DNA from: Candidatus Limnocylindrales bacterium
Lineage (GTDB): Bacteria; Moduliflexota; Moduliflexia; Moduliflexales; JAUQPW01
Length of the DNA: 64,000 bases
Reading direction: 5' to 3'
NCBI GenBank assembly: GCA_035559535.1
Contig: DATMBG010000003.1
Span: forward strand, 1 to 64,000
Under the pieces are notes generated by a model. That model ran no database searches and was not told where the DNA came from. It saw only the letters and a list, made by a program, of their open reading frames with translations. Below, piece by piece: positions 50,801 to 59,615 of the stretch. The position numbers were made by a program, and so were the translations under genes. How positions within the stretch are numbered: position 1 is the stretch's first letter; each line of letters opens with the position of its first letter.

Positions 50801-52965
50801 AACAGGCCATTATAAATCAAAATTATCAGGAAGGACAGATCCGGCTTCAACAACAAAACTGGAGCCAGGCCATCGCCTACTTTACCCAGGCCCTATCTGA
50901 GTTGAAAAATTCCCAATTCCCAATTCCCGATTCTGCCCTTCAAGTCCAGAAGCTCCAGGTAAACCTCTATTATGCTCAGGGCTCTCTTGCCATGGATCAG
51001 CAGGATTGGACAGAAGCCAGGAAACTCTTTGAGAAAGCCCTGGAAGTAGATCCCCATCATTCAGATGCCCGCAGGAAGCTGAACCAGATCGTTTCCTTCA
51101 TAACCCGGCAGAAACAAGAACAGATTCAGCCGCTACTGCGTTTAGGGGAAGAAAAGCTAAAAGAATGGGACTGGGATGCTGCAAGAACTTACTTCTTAAA
51201 AGCCTGGGAGATAAATCCTGCCGACCTCGAGATCTCGCAAAAGCTCGAAGAGGTAGCAACAGGCCTTCGATATTGGGAAGAAGATCAGCAACGAGAACGT
51301 CAACTCCTACGTGCTCAACAGGAACACCAGATGCGCAGCCTTTTAGAAAAAGAAATCCATCGAAAGAATCTGATCCGATATACCGTCATCGGCTTGGGAA
51401 TCCTGGGAAGTCTTCTCCTTGTCCTTATCTTAAGAAAGAAGAAATCTTTCGATTCACTTACCCAGAGTAAAATTCTGGAAGCGGCTTTTTATAAAACTTT
51501 GGGTCGATATGCTAAAGCGGCCGAGATTTATCAGAGGATGCTGGAAAAGGATCTTTCCACGGACTCCCAGCAGACGGATAAGCTTTGGATTTATCCCCTG
51601 TTGGCAGACCTTTATATCAAAATGGGAAGACAGGATGAGGAAGCCGCAAAGGTTTATGATCGTGCTTTATCTTTAGGCTTTACCCATCCGGAAGCCATAA
51701 TCCCGGTCTCTTACCGTTACCTGAGAAACTTCAAGATCAGCGAGCGGGCCCTCTGGGTTTTTGAAAACGCGCTGAAAATAGATCCTTATAATCGGACCCT
51801 GTTAAATGCCATCCTCCTTAAAGCCTGGGTCCTTCTCCCGGAAAATCCCGGCCATTTCAGATTTTTGTCTCTTTTTCTAAAAGCCTGTGAGAAAACAAAT
51901 ACCCTGGCTATGGGGATTGACTTCCTCCGTGAAATCATCCCCATAGATCCTTCTTTTACAGATCTTTACTTGAAGTTAGCGGACCTGTTCTGGGCAAAGG
52001 GAAAACCTCTTCTTGCCAAGGAGTATCTGACCCTTGCTTATAAGTTCAACAAGAACGCCCCATCGACTTCCAAGAAAGGGAATGTACCATCCCATACCTT
52101 GGGTGTTATCCTCGATAAACTGGAAGCTATCTATCGCCTTCTAACAACAGAAAATGGTCAGGCTCCGGCTGCCCATTATCAATTGGGATTGTTATATATG
52201 AAACAGGGAAAGATCCGTAAAGCCATCCGGGAGTTCAGGAAGATTCACAAAATTCCCCAATGGAGAGAGCGATCTCGAAATAAGCTCATGGAATGCTGGA
52301 ATACTTTAGGGGCAACCCGAATACTCCTTTCCTTAAGACCTTCGAACCTTAAGATTCGCTTCTATACCTCGATGGGGGCCTGGGACAGGGTCATCCGGGT
52401 TTATGAGCGACTTCTGAGCAAGAATCCCAAGAAGGTATGGATTTTTCCCCGGTTAAGTGCCCTTTATCTTAAAACAGGTCGTTTTCATGCCAGGGCTTTC
52501 TGGGTCCATCATAAGGCCCTTTCCCTGGATCCAGAACTGCGAGACCCTGCCTTACTTTTGGCTAACTATTACCTTCAGAGAAGAATGACCGGTCCAAGGA
52601 CTATCTGGGTCTATGAAAGGGCACTGGAATTTCAACCTGATAATGTGGAACTTCTTAGTCTTTTGCTGGAAGCTTATTTAAAAGCCGATGAAGCAGAATA
52701 TAGAATACGGGAGGATCATCTAAGCAAGGAGCAGGCAATGGTAACCATCAGTAAGCGCCTGTATCGCCTGGGCCATCGTAGTAAACGCGTTTATCAGATC
52801 TTAAGTCGAAGTTGTCTGAAACATCAACGTATAGATCGAGAAGCCATGCACATCTATCAGAATGCCCTTCAATACGAACCTGATAATCAAAGGCTGAGGG
52901 ACATGATAGACAGGGTTCGATCCTTGCAAGAAGAAACCCTGGCACTCTGGGAAAGTCATGGATAA
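47875..52965 (+). CDS. Large WD40-repeat + TPR-repeat membrane protein (start uncertain; ORF open from 47818)
   Basis: N-terminal hydrophobic segment; ~14 GH..WD repeats; charged/Pro linker; TPR-like helices; TM helix VIGLGILGSLLLVLIL followed by RKKK; C-terminal TPRs. Confidence 0.85.
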   Translation: MQVSFKLVKIVMGVWILLLMGIPGREGFKIFSYFNTQAPAGNVSADYKRQTMDNSQQRTDNELLQRLGKGWISTIQYAPDGKYVAVATSIGIELRDPITLAEVKMRLGMPLQGHTGPIGSLAFSPDGSILASGGYDKTIILWKTETGEKLATLHGHQNWVTALAFSKDGTLLASGSYDETVILWDLKAGVRQASPLRTLRGHRGHVLSVAFNPARTLLASGGSDHQVILWDLKALTDSKPAVADDRQFSHKILSGHQEAIQSLAFNPEGSLLVSGSDDASVILWDVKKGEKIQVIRDHQDAVKSVAFNPAGTFLASGSFDGTVRLWSISQLGREPAAASKTLQSPAHHIWWVTFSPDGHFLLSSSAENRLVRWDLQNGDVAHSTPTVVWDHTSPLWSSAISQKTLALAGDNGMLELWNLTSVLQPGEKNGKREEKSESLRNSEPSRSSLQGHLGAVRTVAFNREGTLLASGGEDKQIILWDAQNGVKQRVLEGHGGSVLRLAFSPDDAFLASGGDDQMIFLWDLQTGEKVKTLWNQSQDVLTLVFSPDGKVLISAGSDGTIIFWDIEQGEPIHTLTRPGNWMSSLALSPDGELLAIGNLDNSVTLWSISDNREVRTLRGPTGPIWSLAFSPDGSRLAGAGSDSIIFLWTVNEGQLFKTLRGHTSWVNCLSFNQDGSLLISGSFDGTALIWRIDRPETLQSKGLEAGFGKPKAERGETKKQKPLTSIQRSSGEKVELRDRSSDSTEVTPGLQNPKTEPEEKNKDKVTPSPKDKAISPPSPSKVEEVDKEKSDKAEKIKADPESIFQKWYELGLARMAQRRWESAIENLKRALEVKQVEEVKEKLKEAIHHRWYDLGMERMKQKRWEDAIENFNLALSTLDTPESRKGLQEASYHKWYEAGLSQAERGLWSQAGASFTLALGFLDTEEARTHLREVRYAQWYQTGLEQVSREQWARARESFRLALQEKDTEEARRQLQQAIINQNYQEGQIRLQQQNWSQAIAYFTQALSELKNSQFPIPDSALQVQKLQVNLYYAQGSLAMDQQDWTEARKLFEKALEVDPHHSDARRKLNQIVSFITRQKQEQIQPLLRLGEEKLKEWDWDAARTYFLKAWEINPADLEISQKLEEVATGLRYWEEDQQRERQLLRAQQEHQMRSLLEKEIHRKNLIRYTVIGLGILGSLLLVLILRKKKSFDSLTQSKILEAAFYKTLGRYAKAAEIYQRMLEKDLSTDSQQTDKLWIYPLLADLYIKMGRQDEEAAKVYDRALSLGFTHPEAIIPVSYRYLRNFKISERALWVFENALKIDPYNRTLLNAILLKAWVLLPENPGHFRFLSLFLKACEKTNTLAMGIDFLREIIPIDPSFTDLYLKLADLFWAKGKPLLAKEYLTLAYKFNKNAPSTSKKGNVPSHTLGVILDKLEAIYRLLTTENGQAPAAHYQLGLLYMKQGKIRKAIREFRKIHKIPQWRERSRNKLMECWNTLGATRILLSLRPSNLKIRFYTSMGAWDRVIRVYERLLSKNPKKVWIFPRLSALYLKTGRFHARAFWVHHKALSLDPELRDPALLLANYYLQRRMTGPRTIWVYERALEFQPDNVELLSLLLEAYLKADEAEYRIREDHLSKEQAMVTISKRLYRLGHRSKRVYQILSRSCLKHQRIDREAMHIYQNALQYEPDNQRLRDMIDRVRSLQEETLALWESHG

Positions 52966-53111
52966 ATTGTATGGCAGGGGCAGGTTTTTTCTAACCTAAC
53001 CCCTTTCCCGAGTCGGGAAGGGGGAACTCGGGAATGGCCTGGATCCCCTCGTTCCCCGCCCCACCCCTTACTCCCAACCCCTTCTGAAACTTCAGGAGAA
53101 GGGAGGCCTAG

Positions 53112-53292
53112 GCGCCAGGATAAGCTGAAAAGCCCCGTCAGGGGTGAACTGTGAGTAGCCCCGGACGCAAGTCGGGGGTTTCAGTCATTCAGAATTTTCT
53201 TCAAGCCCCCAGGGAAGCCCCCCTTTCCTCTATATTATATCCTCCCCTTTCCCCCCATGCGGGGGGAATTGAGGAGCGGCCTGTGAAACAGG
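53112..53292 (+). repeat. Dispersed ~180-bp repeat (REP/MITE-like), copy B
   Basis: Matches the reverse complement of 37019-37197; core GTAG-CCCCGGAC-GCAA-GTCGGGGG. Confidence 0.85.
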
Positions 53293-53376
53293 TTGCCCCG
53301 CCGAGGCTAACCTTCTTATCCTGGCACGTATGGGAAAGGGGGTTGAGGCAGGCGATGTTTCAAAGTAGAAGCGGTA

Positions 53377-54528
53377 TTATTTCGGGATAATGTGGACTGC
53401 TGTTGCTTTAAAGGTAGCCAGGATAGAGCGTCCTTCCTTTAAGTTTAGCGCTTCCACGGACTGTTTGGTTACAAACGAGGTTAACGGAAATCCACAATCC
53501 AAAACTACTTTATAATATAGGCCCTGGGGTACTACCCTCAGGATACGCCCTTTTATCCGGTTTCTGGCGCTGGAAGTGATTTTTTCTTGCCGAAGAAGGG
53601 TAGACTCTTTCTCCTCCCTATCTTCGGATCTCCAGGTTCCCGGGTCCCTTTCCAGGGTCTCCAGGGTAACCTGCTCAGGTCTCAAACAGACCAGAACATC
53701 TTCCCCGACCCGAAGGTTGCCGATAGTTTCAATGGTGTGGCCTTCTGAGATCTTCACCAGAAAAGTTCCTTCCCTTCCTCCTATGACTTTGCCGGGTAGA
53801 ACCGTCTCGATACCCACAAAAGCGGCTACTGTTTCATTGATGGGATGATTAAAAACCTCATCGGTTCTACCCATCTGGAGGATTTTCCCACGGTCTATAA
53901 TGGCAACCCGATCTGCCAATCTAAGGACTTCAGAGCGATCATGGGTCACCAGGATCGTGGTTGTATGGGTTTCCCGGAGGATATGTTCAAGATCTTCGAT
54001 AAGAGCTTCTCGGGAAGGAGAATCTAAAGCTGCAAAGGGTTCGTCCAGGAAGAGGATTTGGGGATTTAGAACGAAGGCGCGTGCCAGGCTGGTTCGTTGT
54101 GCTTCACCTCCTGACAGGGTTCTGGCCGAGCGATTCGCCAAATGGGAAATACCCAAACGTTCCAGCCACATAAAAACCTTTTCGTAGATCTCATGCCGGG
54201 AGACTCTCCTTAGTTTCAAGCCGGAAGCAACATTCTCGAAGACGGTGGTATCAAATAAAAGCGGCTCTTGAAAAACGACCGCCAGAGATCGCCGTAATGG
54301 GAGGAGATTCTTTTTATAATCAACCGGCAAACCTTTAAAGAAGACGGTTCCTTCATGGGGGGATTGGAGGAAGGCCAGAACCTGAAGCAGGGTCGTTTTC
54401 CCGGCTCCATTAGGTCCGAGAAAAGCCAGGGTTTCTCCCATCTCTACCTGAAGTTTAGGAACATCCAGAATCGTTTGTTGATCTCCCAGAACTTGTAGAT
54501 TTCTGACTTCTAGAATAACTTCTTTCAC
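53377..54528 (-). CDS. tupC: Tungstate/molybdate ABC transporter ATPase with TOBE domains (TupC-like); probable GTG start
   Basis: GPNGAGKTT, VFQEPLL, LSGGEAQR, DEPF; C-terminal SSARN and FKATAVH. Confidence 0.8.
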   Translation of the reverse strand: MKEVILEVRNLQVLGDQQTILDVPKLQVEMGETLAFLGPNGAGKTTLLQVLAFLQSPHEGTVFFKGLPVDYKKNLLPLRRSLAVVFQEPLLFDTTVFENVASGLKLRRVSRHEIYEKVFMWLERLGISHLANRSARTLSGGEAQRTSLARAFVLNPQILFLDEPFAALDSPSREALIEDLEHILRETHTTTILVTHDRSEVLRLADRVAIIDRGKILQMGRTDEVFNHPINETVAAFVGIETVLPGKVIGGREGTFLVKISEGHTIETIGNLRVGEDVLVCLRPEQVTLETLERDPGTWRSEDREEKESTLLRQEKITSSARNRIKGRILRVVPQGLYYKVVLDCGFPLTSFVTKQSVEALNLKEGRSILATFKATAVHIIPK

Positions 54529-54590
54529 GGAGGAGTCCAGAGTCAGAAGCCCGAAGTTCTCCGAACTTCGGGCTTCCAACGCTTAGGGGC

Positions 54591-55289
54591 TTATTTGGGT
54601 CTGTCTCGCTGTTGGAGGAATGTCAGGGTCAGGTTTACACTAAAGGTTAAGAGGAAAAGCAGAATACTCAAGGCAATAGCCATACCGAATTCGCCTTTAC
54701 TGGTCTCCAATACCGTAGCCGTTGTCAGTACCCGGGTTTGTCCCTTGATATTTCCTCCTACCATCATCGAAGCGCCAACCTCTGAGATAACCCCTCCAAA
54801 ACCGGCCATAACGGCTGCCAGTAGGGGGAGCCTGGCTTCCTTTAAGAGAAGCCAGACCATCTGGCAACGGGAGGCCCCGAGGGCAAGGATTTGTAAACGT
54901 AGTTTGGGGTTAAGATGCTGGATGGCCGCTATGGTTAATCCGGCCATAATGGGGGTTGCAAGGATAGTCTGGGCTATCACCATTGCCGTAGGGGTATAGA
55001 GCAGGTGAAAGAATCCTAAGGGTCCATTTCGCCAAAGTAAAATTGTAACAAACAATCCTACCACCACGGGGGGGAGACCCATACCGGTATTAATCAAGGT
55101 AATCCATAAGCGGCGACCGGGGAAGCGACTTAAAGCCAGAAAAGTACCTATAGAAACTCCCAGAATCAAACTACCTATTGTTGCCAATCCAGAAACCCGA
55201 AGGGAAAGCCATGTAATCTCCCATACTTCTGGGTCCCGGTGTATTAAAAGCTCGAAGGCTTTCCGAATTCCCTCCCAAATTAAATCCAC
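54591..55289 (-). CDS. tupB: Tungstate ABC transporter permease; probable GTG start
   Basis: NTGMGLPPVVVGL, GPLG, LLYTP.AMVIAQ, ISEVGA.MMVGGNI.GQTRVLTTA..LET.KG. Confidence 0.9.
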   Translation of the reverse strand: MDLIWEGIRKAFELLIHRDPEVWEITWLSLRVSGLATIGSLILGVSIGTFLALSRFPGRRLWITLINTGMGLPPVVVGLFVTILLWRNGPLGFFHLLYTPTAMVIAQTILATPIMAGLTIAAIQHLNPKLRLQILALGASRCQMVWLLLKEARLPLLAAVMAGFGGVISEVGASMMVGGNIKGQTRVLTTATVLETSKGEFGMAIALSILLFLLTFSVNLTLTFLQQRDRPK

Positions 55290-55355
55290 ACGCCTACACC
55301 CCCATCCCTCCACACGCCCACCCCTCTATACCCCCACCCTTCCATACTCTACTCC

Positions 55356-56540
55356 CTAACGAACCTCCATGAAGCTAAAAAGCTCCTTACCCAGACGTCT
55401 TTCAACAGAATTAGACGGAACTTCCAGAGTTTTAATTTCAAAAAACGGGGAAAACAAGGCGCGGATTTCTTCGGAATCGGTGGTATAAGGGGGGCCTCCC
55501 GGCTGCCCATGGGCATAAAAGAGGGCAATAAATCGTCCACCAGGTCGCAAAAGATTTCTTACAATTTGAACATATTCTCCTCGCCGGGCCGGATCAATGG
55601 CACAAAAGCAGGTGTGCTCTAAGACATAGTCAAATTGGTGCGCATACTTTGGAATTAAATCAAACAGATCCTGTTGAACCAGTTTGAGGGATACTCCGGC
55701 TTTTTTTGCTATTTGTGCAGCTCCCTGAATGGCCGACGGAGCAAAATCAAACCCAACGACCTGAAAGCCTTTTTGAGCAAAAAAAATCGCATCATGTCCA
55801 CGTCCGCAACCCAATACGGCCAGAGAGCCTGGGGGAGGCGCAGCAGAAGATTCTAAAAAAGATGCCAAGGGGGGAGCGACCTGTCCAAGATCCCAAAGAG
55901 CTTCATTTTGTTGATATAAATTCTCCCAGAAACTGACCGTATTAGCCCGGTGTTTCCAGAACCCATTCGCCCAGGTCGTCATCTGATCATAAAGGTAAGG
56001 AGATACTTCTTTAGCCAAAGGGAGGTACTTCTCGCACGTTTCACGATAATATCTCAGTTGCTGTTCCTGGGAAGGCGAAAGATGCAAATACCGAATATGG
56101 TCAAGTCGATCTGACAATTTAATGAGTTGGATTTCTCGAGGGGCTTGCCAGATCTTCTCCAGGTAGGCCCGGTCTCTCTCCTCATTGGAGGAATACCGGT
56201 TGATAGCTTCTTTGGTCAATATTTTCACCATGCCTGCAATGGGTTCTCCAAAAGCTTCCTCCAAAGCTGCGTAATCGACCTGGCAATCTTCTAAAACATC
56301 CTGGAGTAGAGCCGCACAGAGCACGTTGGAATCCGTTATTTTCAACTCATCGAAGAGAATACAGACTACTCGTAAGAGATGAACCCTGTAATCTATTCCT
56401 TCATCCCGGTGTTGTCCTCTATGATTTTCCTCGGCAAAATGATAAGCTTTTTCTAGGAGAGCCAGATTAACTTCTGGATTTTTGGACAGAATTCTTTCTT
56501 TAAATTCTTGAAAATGGTTTTGAGTCATCCTATCGGTCAA
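55356..56540 (-). CDS. Fusion: RelA/SpoT-type HD domain (degenerate) + TPMT/thiol-halide methyltransferase
   Basis: AYHFAEENHRGQHR, AALLQDVLED, IKLSDRL; then WDLG..APPL, LGCGRGHDA, EHTCFCAIDP, GGPPY. Confidence 0.85.
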   Translation of the reverse strand: MTDRMTQNHFQEFKERILSKNPEVNLALLEKAYHFAEENHRGQHRDEGIDYRVHLLRVVCILFDELKITDSNVLCAALLQDVLEDCQVDYAALEEAFGEPIAGMVKILTKEAINRYSSNEERDRAYLEKIWQAPREIQLIKLSDRLDHIRYLHLSPSQEQQLRYYRETCEKYLPLAKEVSPYLYDQMTTWANGFWKHRANTVSFWENLYQQNEALWDLGQVAPPLASFLESSAAPPPGSLAVLGCGRGHDAIFFAQKGFQVVGFDFAPSAIQGAAQIAKKAGVSLKLVQQDLFDLIPKYAHQFDYVLEHTCFCAIDPARRGEYVQIVRNLLRPGGRFIALFYAHGQPGGPPYTTDSEEIRALFSPFFEIKTLEVPSNSVERRLGKELFSFMEVR

Positions 56541-56545
56541 AGGAA

Positions 56546-56782
56546 TCAGGCCCGCTCGAAATAATAATCCCGTCTCTTACAATTAGAACAACGATAGGGA
56601 CTAATTCGTATAATTGGAAAGATATAGGTATCTATAAAATTTCGTGGCTTTGCTTTTATCAAGGTATCTGTTTTACAATATCGGCAGGTAATGGTCTTTC
56701 GTCCATTTTCATTCTTTTTCTCTGGGGTTACAGGGGAGATATCTACCTGGGAATCTGGTTTCTTAGACTTGGCAGTTTTCAT
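56546..56782 (-). CDS. Small zinc-ribbon protein
   Basis: CRYC...PYRCSNC; strong AGGAGG RBS. Confidence 0.7.
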   Translation of the reverse strand: MKTAKSKKPDSQVDISPVTPEKKNENGRKTITCRYCKTDTLIKAKPRNFIDTYIFPIIRISPYRCSNCKRRDYYFERA

Positions 56783-56968
56783 TGTTTACCTCCTTTTCTT
56801 TCTATTAAAGTTGGCAAACAGGACTTTGAAGTAAAAAAATAGGGTAAGGAAAATCTATCCTCTTTTTTTATTTTAATCTCCCCAAAAGGGGCCTTGTCAA
56901 TAAAAATATTTCTGTTAAAGCAAAAGAAGACCTGCTTTTCCCTTTTCGAGGGTTGGTCGCACCTTCGA

Positions 56969-57172
56969 TTATCGGTCCCTGTAGTTTTTGTCCCTGTCTT
57001 CCAGTATATGTTTTCGGTGATCATTGGGCCCGCCGTTGTTCGGTTTCAGGTATTTTAATTTTCGTATATTTTTTGTAATCGCTTCCCGCTTTTTCACTTC
57101 CTTCTTGAACTTCATGAGATCTCTTTCCAGGGCTTCGATTTCCCTCTTGATTTTATCCAGAAAGTTCTCCAT
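56969..57172 (-). CDS. Small basic coiled-coil hypothetical protein
   Basis: AAGGAGG RBS; heptad-like IKREIEALERDL. Confidence 0.5.
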   Translation of the reverse strand: MENFLDKIKREIEALERDLMKFKKEVKKREAITKNIRKLKYLKPNNGGPNDHRKHILEDRDKNYRDR

Positions 57173-57647
57173 ACCTTACCCTCCTTGAAGTCAGAGCTTT
57201 ATCCATAGGTAATCCTTGAGAGTCCCTGATTCCTATAGGGGCAATAAGTATACCAGTCGAGGGATGAAGCTATAAGTTCTTTAATATTAAAGGGTTATAG
57301 ATATTCTGTAACGGATTTATTTAGAGAAGAGTATGGTCTTTTCTGGATAAAGTGGGATTTTCAGACCCTAGTCGATTAGAATCGCTTTATGATCGTCCAG
57401 GTGGATCAATTTAGGCAAGAAGTCCCTGTCTAATTACAAGATAAATGTAGAGTTCACAAAAGTGACCAAATTCTTATTGACAAAACAAAAATCAGCACCC
57501 AATATAGAATTGCTGGTCAGACGTAGCCTCTATGGAAGATGTGGATTCTTGCAAGCCGGGCTTGTCCACTCCTATTCGAGTTGCTCGAACAGGGGTTGAC
57601 AGATTCAAAAGCCTAATGCCTAACTAATTATCAACCAAAAAGGAGGT

Positions 57648-58856
57648 ATGATTATGGATGTACGCGTTAAATCGATTCTCTCCCTTGTTTTAGTTGGTCT
57701 TTTAGTTACGTCTGTTTCTTTGGCCGAAGAAAAGGAAAAACCGGCTCCCCCCCCCCCTTACCCTGTTAAGGGACAGGTTATTCAAACGTTGAAAGCCTTC
57801 GACAATCCTGAAGGGGCTATTTTTAGTGCCGATGGAAAGTTTGTATTTATCTCTAATGCGGCTGAGTTGGGGATGAAGGAAAAAGGATTTCATTGGACTG
57901 AAAAAGCCGGTTACATCAGTAAGCTGGAAGTTCAACCGGATGGAACCTTAAAGATGGTGAAGGATAAACTGATCACAGGTCTCACGGCCCCCTTGGGAAT
58001 GGCTGTCCTTCCCGTGGCTACCAAGAAATTCCCCAAAGGCACCATCTTTTTGTGTGCTGGAGCCGCTCCCATAGCCGAAGCAAACGGTACCGAAATTAAA
58101 GACGCAAAACGCATGGATCCCAAACTGGTTGCGTTTGATACTGAGGGAAAAGTCCTGGGCGAAATTAAAATGGGAATGAATTCTGCTTTTGCCAAGGCCA
58201 ATGGAGGATCTCCGGCTACCCTTCCCAATGCAGCCGGTTTTGATAAAGATGGTAACTTATATGTTGCAGATACCGGGATTGGCGGCGCCAGTTTTGATCC
58301 TCCTGTGAAAACCAATGGAGGGGTCTATATGATTCCCCATAGCGCCCTGGATGATCTGGCAGATGGCAAAGAAGCTTCCGTTAGCTTTATCGCCATGCCC
58401 GAAGGTGGACCAGATGGTGTTGAAGTGGCTCCAGATGGGAGCATCCATACCAATACCGTTGGTGTGGCTGCCGGTATGAAAGATCCAGCCCAGGGAGGTA
58501 TGTACAAGCTCTCTGTGGAAGATTTCAAGAGTGGTAAGCTCCCGGCACCCTTCGTTACCGGTTTAGGAGCCCTGGATGGTCTGGATTTCGCCGGTAATGC
58601 CCGACTGGATACAGAGATCGTAAATACCAACTCGGTTATTGTAACCCTTCTGCCGGATGGAAAACCGATGATGTTGACCTATGATCAGCCAGATAAGAAA
58701 TTAGCCGGACCGGCAGATATTGCGGTTCGTAAAATGGCCGATGGAGGCTACCTCCTGGTTATTCCCGAACTCTCTGCACTGGCGCCCAATACGAATCAAG
58801 ATCCCGTTACCGTCGTAAAACTTCCGGCAGATTTTGATAAAGGCGGAAAGAAATAA
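57648..58856 (+). CDS. Exported beta-propeller protein (SMP-30/gluconolactonase-like)
   Basis: AGGAGG RBS; signal peptide SLA-EE; PEG...DGKFVFISN, GYISKL, GLTAPLGM, GNLYVADTG, PDGV, PADI. Confidence 0.75.
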   Translation: MIMDVRVKSILSLVLVGLLVTSVSLAEEKEKPAPPPPYPVKGQVIQTLKAFDNPEGAIFSADGKFVFISNAAELGMKEKGFHWTEKAGYISKLEVQPDGTLKMVKDKLITGLTAPLGMAVLPVATKKFPKGTIFLCAGAAPIAEANGTEIKDAKRMDPKLVAFDTEGKVLGEIKMGMNSAFAKANGGSPATLPNAAGFDKDGNLYVADTGIGGASFDPPVKTNGGVYMIPHSALDDLADGKEASVSFIAMPEGGPDGVEVAPDGSIHTNTVGVAAGMKDPAQGGMYKLSVEDFKSGKLPAPFVTGLGALDGLDFAGNARLDTEIVNTNSVIVTLLPDGKPMMLTYDQPDKKLAGPADIAVRKMADGGYLLVIPELSALAPNTNQDPVTVVKLPADFDKGGKK

Positions 58857-58865
58857 GAAAACTAA

Positions 58866-58905
58866 AAAAACTAAGGGTGATCAGCCAGATCGCCCTTAGT
58901 TTTTA
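58866..58905. terminator. Bidirectional rho-independent terminator
   Basis: AAAAACTAAGGGTGATC-AGCCA-GATCGCCCTTAGTTTTT between convergent genes. Confidence 0.85.
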
Positions 58906-58968
58906 ATCGGTTACCACAGGGATAATCCAACTATTCTTTAATACCTTTTCCAGTCAGATGTGAAGCTT

Positions 58969-59547
58969 TCAAGGTGAGGAATCCCCGGATTTATGATATA
59001 TATTCATTGCTTTGTCTACTTCACCCAGTATCAGGAGTTTAACCGCTCCCACTGCTTTAGATAAGGCTTCTTTGAGCTGTTCCTGTTCTTGCGGATCAAA
59101 GGGACTTAGGACATAATCTGCTACTTCCCTAGAAGACCCAGGCCGACCGACTCCTACTTTAACCCGCAAAAATTCATCGGTTCCCAAATGTTCTCGAATA
59201 GACCGGATTCCCTTATGGCCTCCATCTCCGCCCCTTCTTTTGATCCGAATTCTGCCGAGTTCCAGATCTATATCATCATGGACCACAATCAAATCAGAGG
59301 GAGTTAAATTAAATGCAGCAACCAGCTCCTTAACGGCCTGTCCACTGAGATTCATATAGGTGAGTGGTTCTACCAGCAGAACCGGTATATGGTTAAAAGT
59401 TCCCCGGCCAAAACGGGATTTAAACCCCTTTTCCGATAAAGGAATCTCGGACTCTTGTGCAAGTTGCCGAATAACCTGAAAACCTACATTATGTCGGGTA
59501 GCCTCATAAGTTCTACCGGGATTTCCCAGGCCTATTACCGCTTTCAA
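58969..59547 (-). CDS. pth: Peptidyl-tRNA hydrolase
   Basis: GLGNPG, TRHNVGF, TYMNLSG, HDDID, GGHKG. Confidence 0.97.
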   Translation of the reverse strand: MKAVIGLGNPGRTYEATRHNVGFQVIRQLAQESEIPLSEKGFKSRFGRGTFNHIPVLLVEPLTYMNLSGQAVKELVAAFNLTPSDLIVVHDDIDLELGRIRIKRRGGDGGHKGIRSIREHLGTDEFLRVKVGVGRPGSSREVADYVLSPFDPQEQEQLKEALSKAVGAVKLLILGEVDKAMNIYHKSGDSSP

Positions 59548-59615
59548 TTAAGCATTTGGAATTAGCCATGAAAAGGAACAATCCAGAGCTTGTTCGTTGT
59601 TCATGGCTTATGGAG

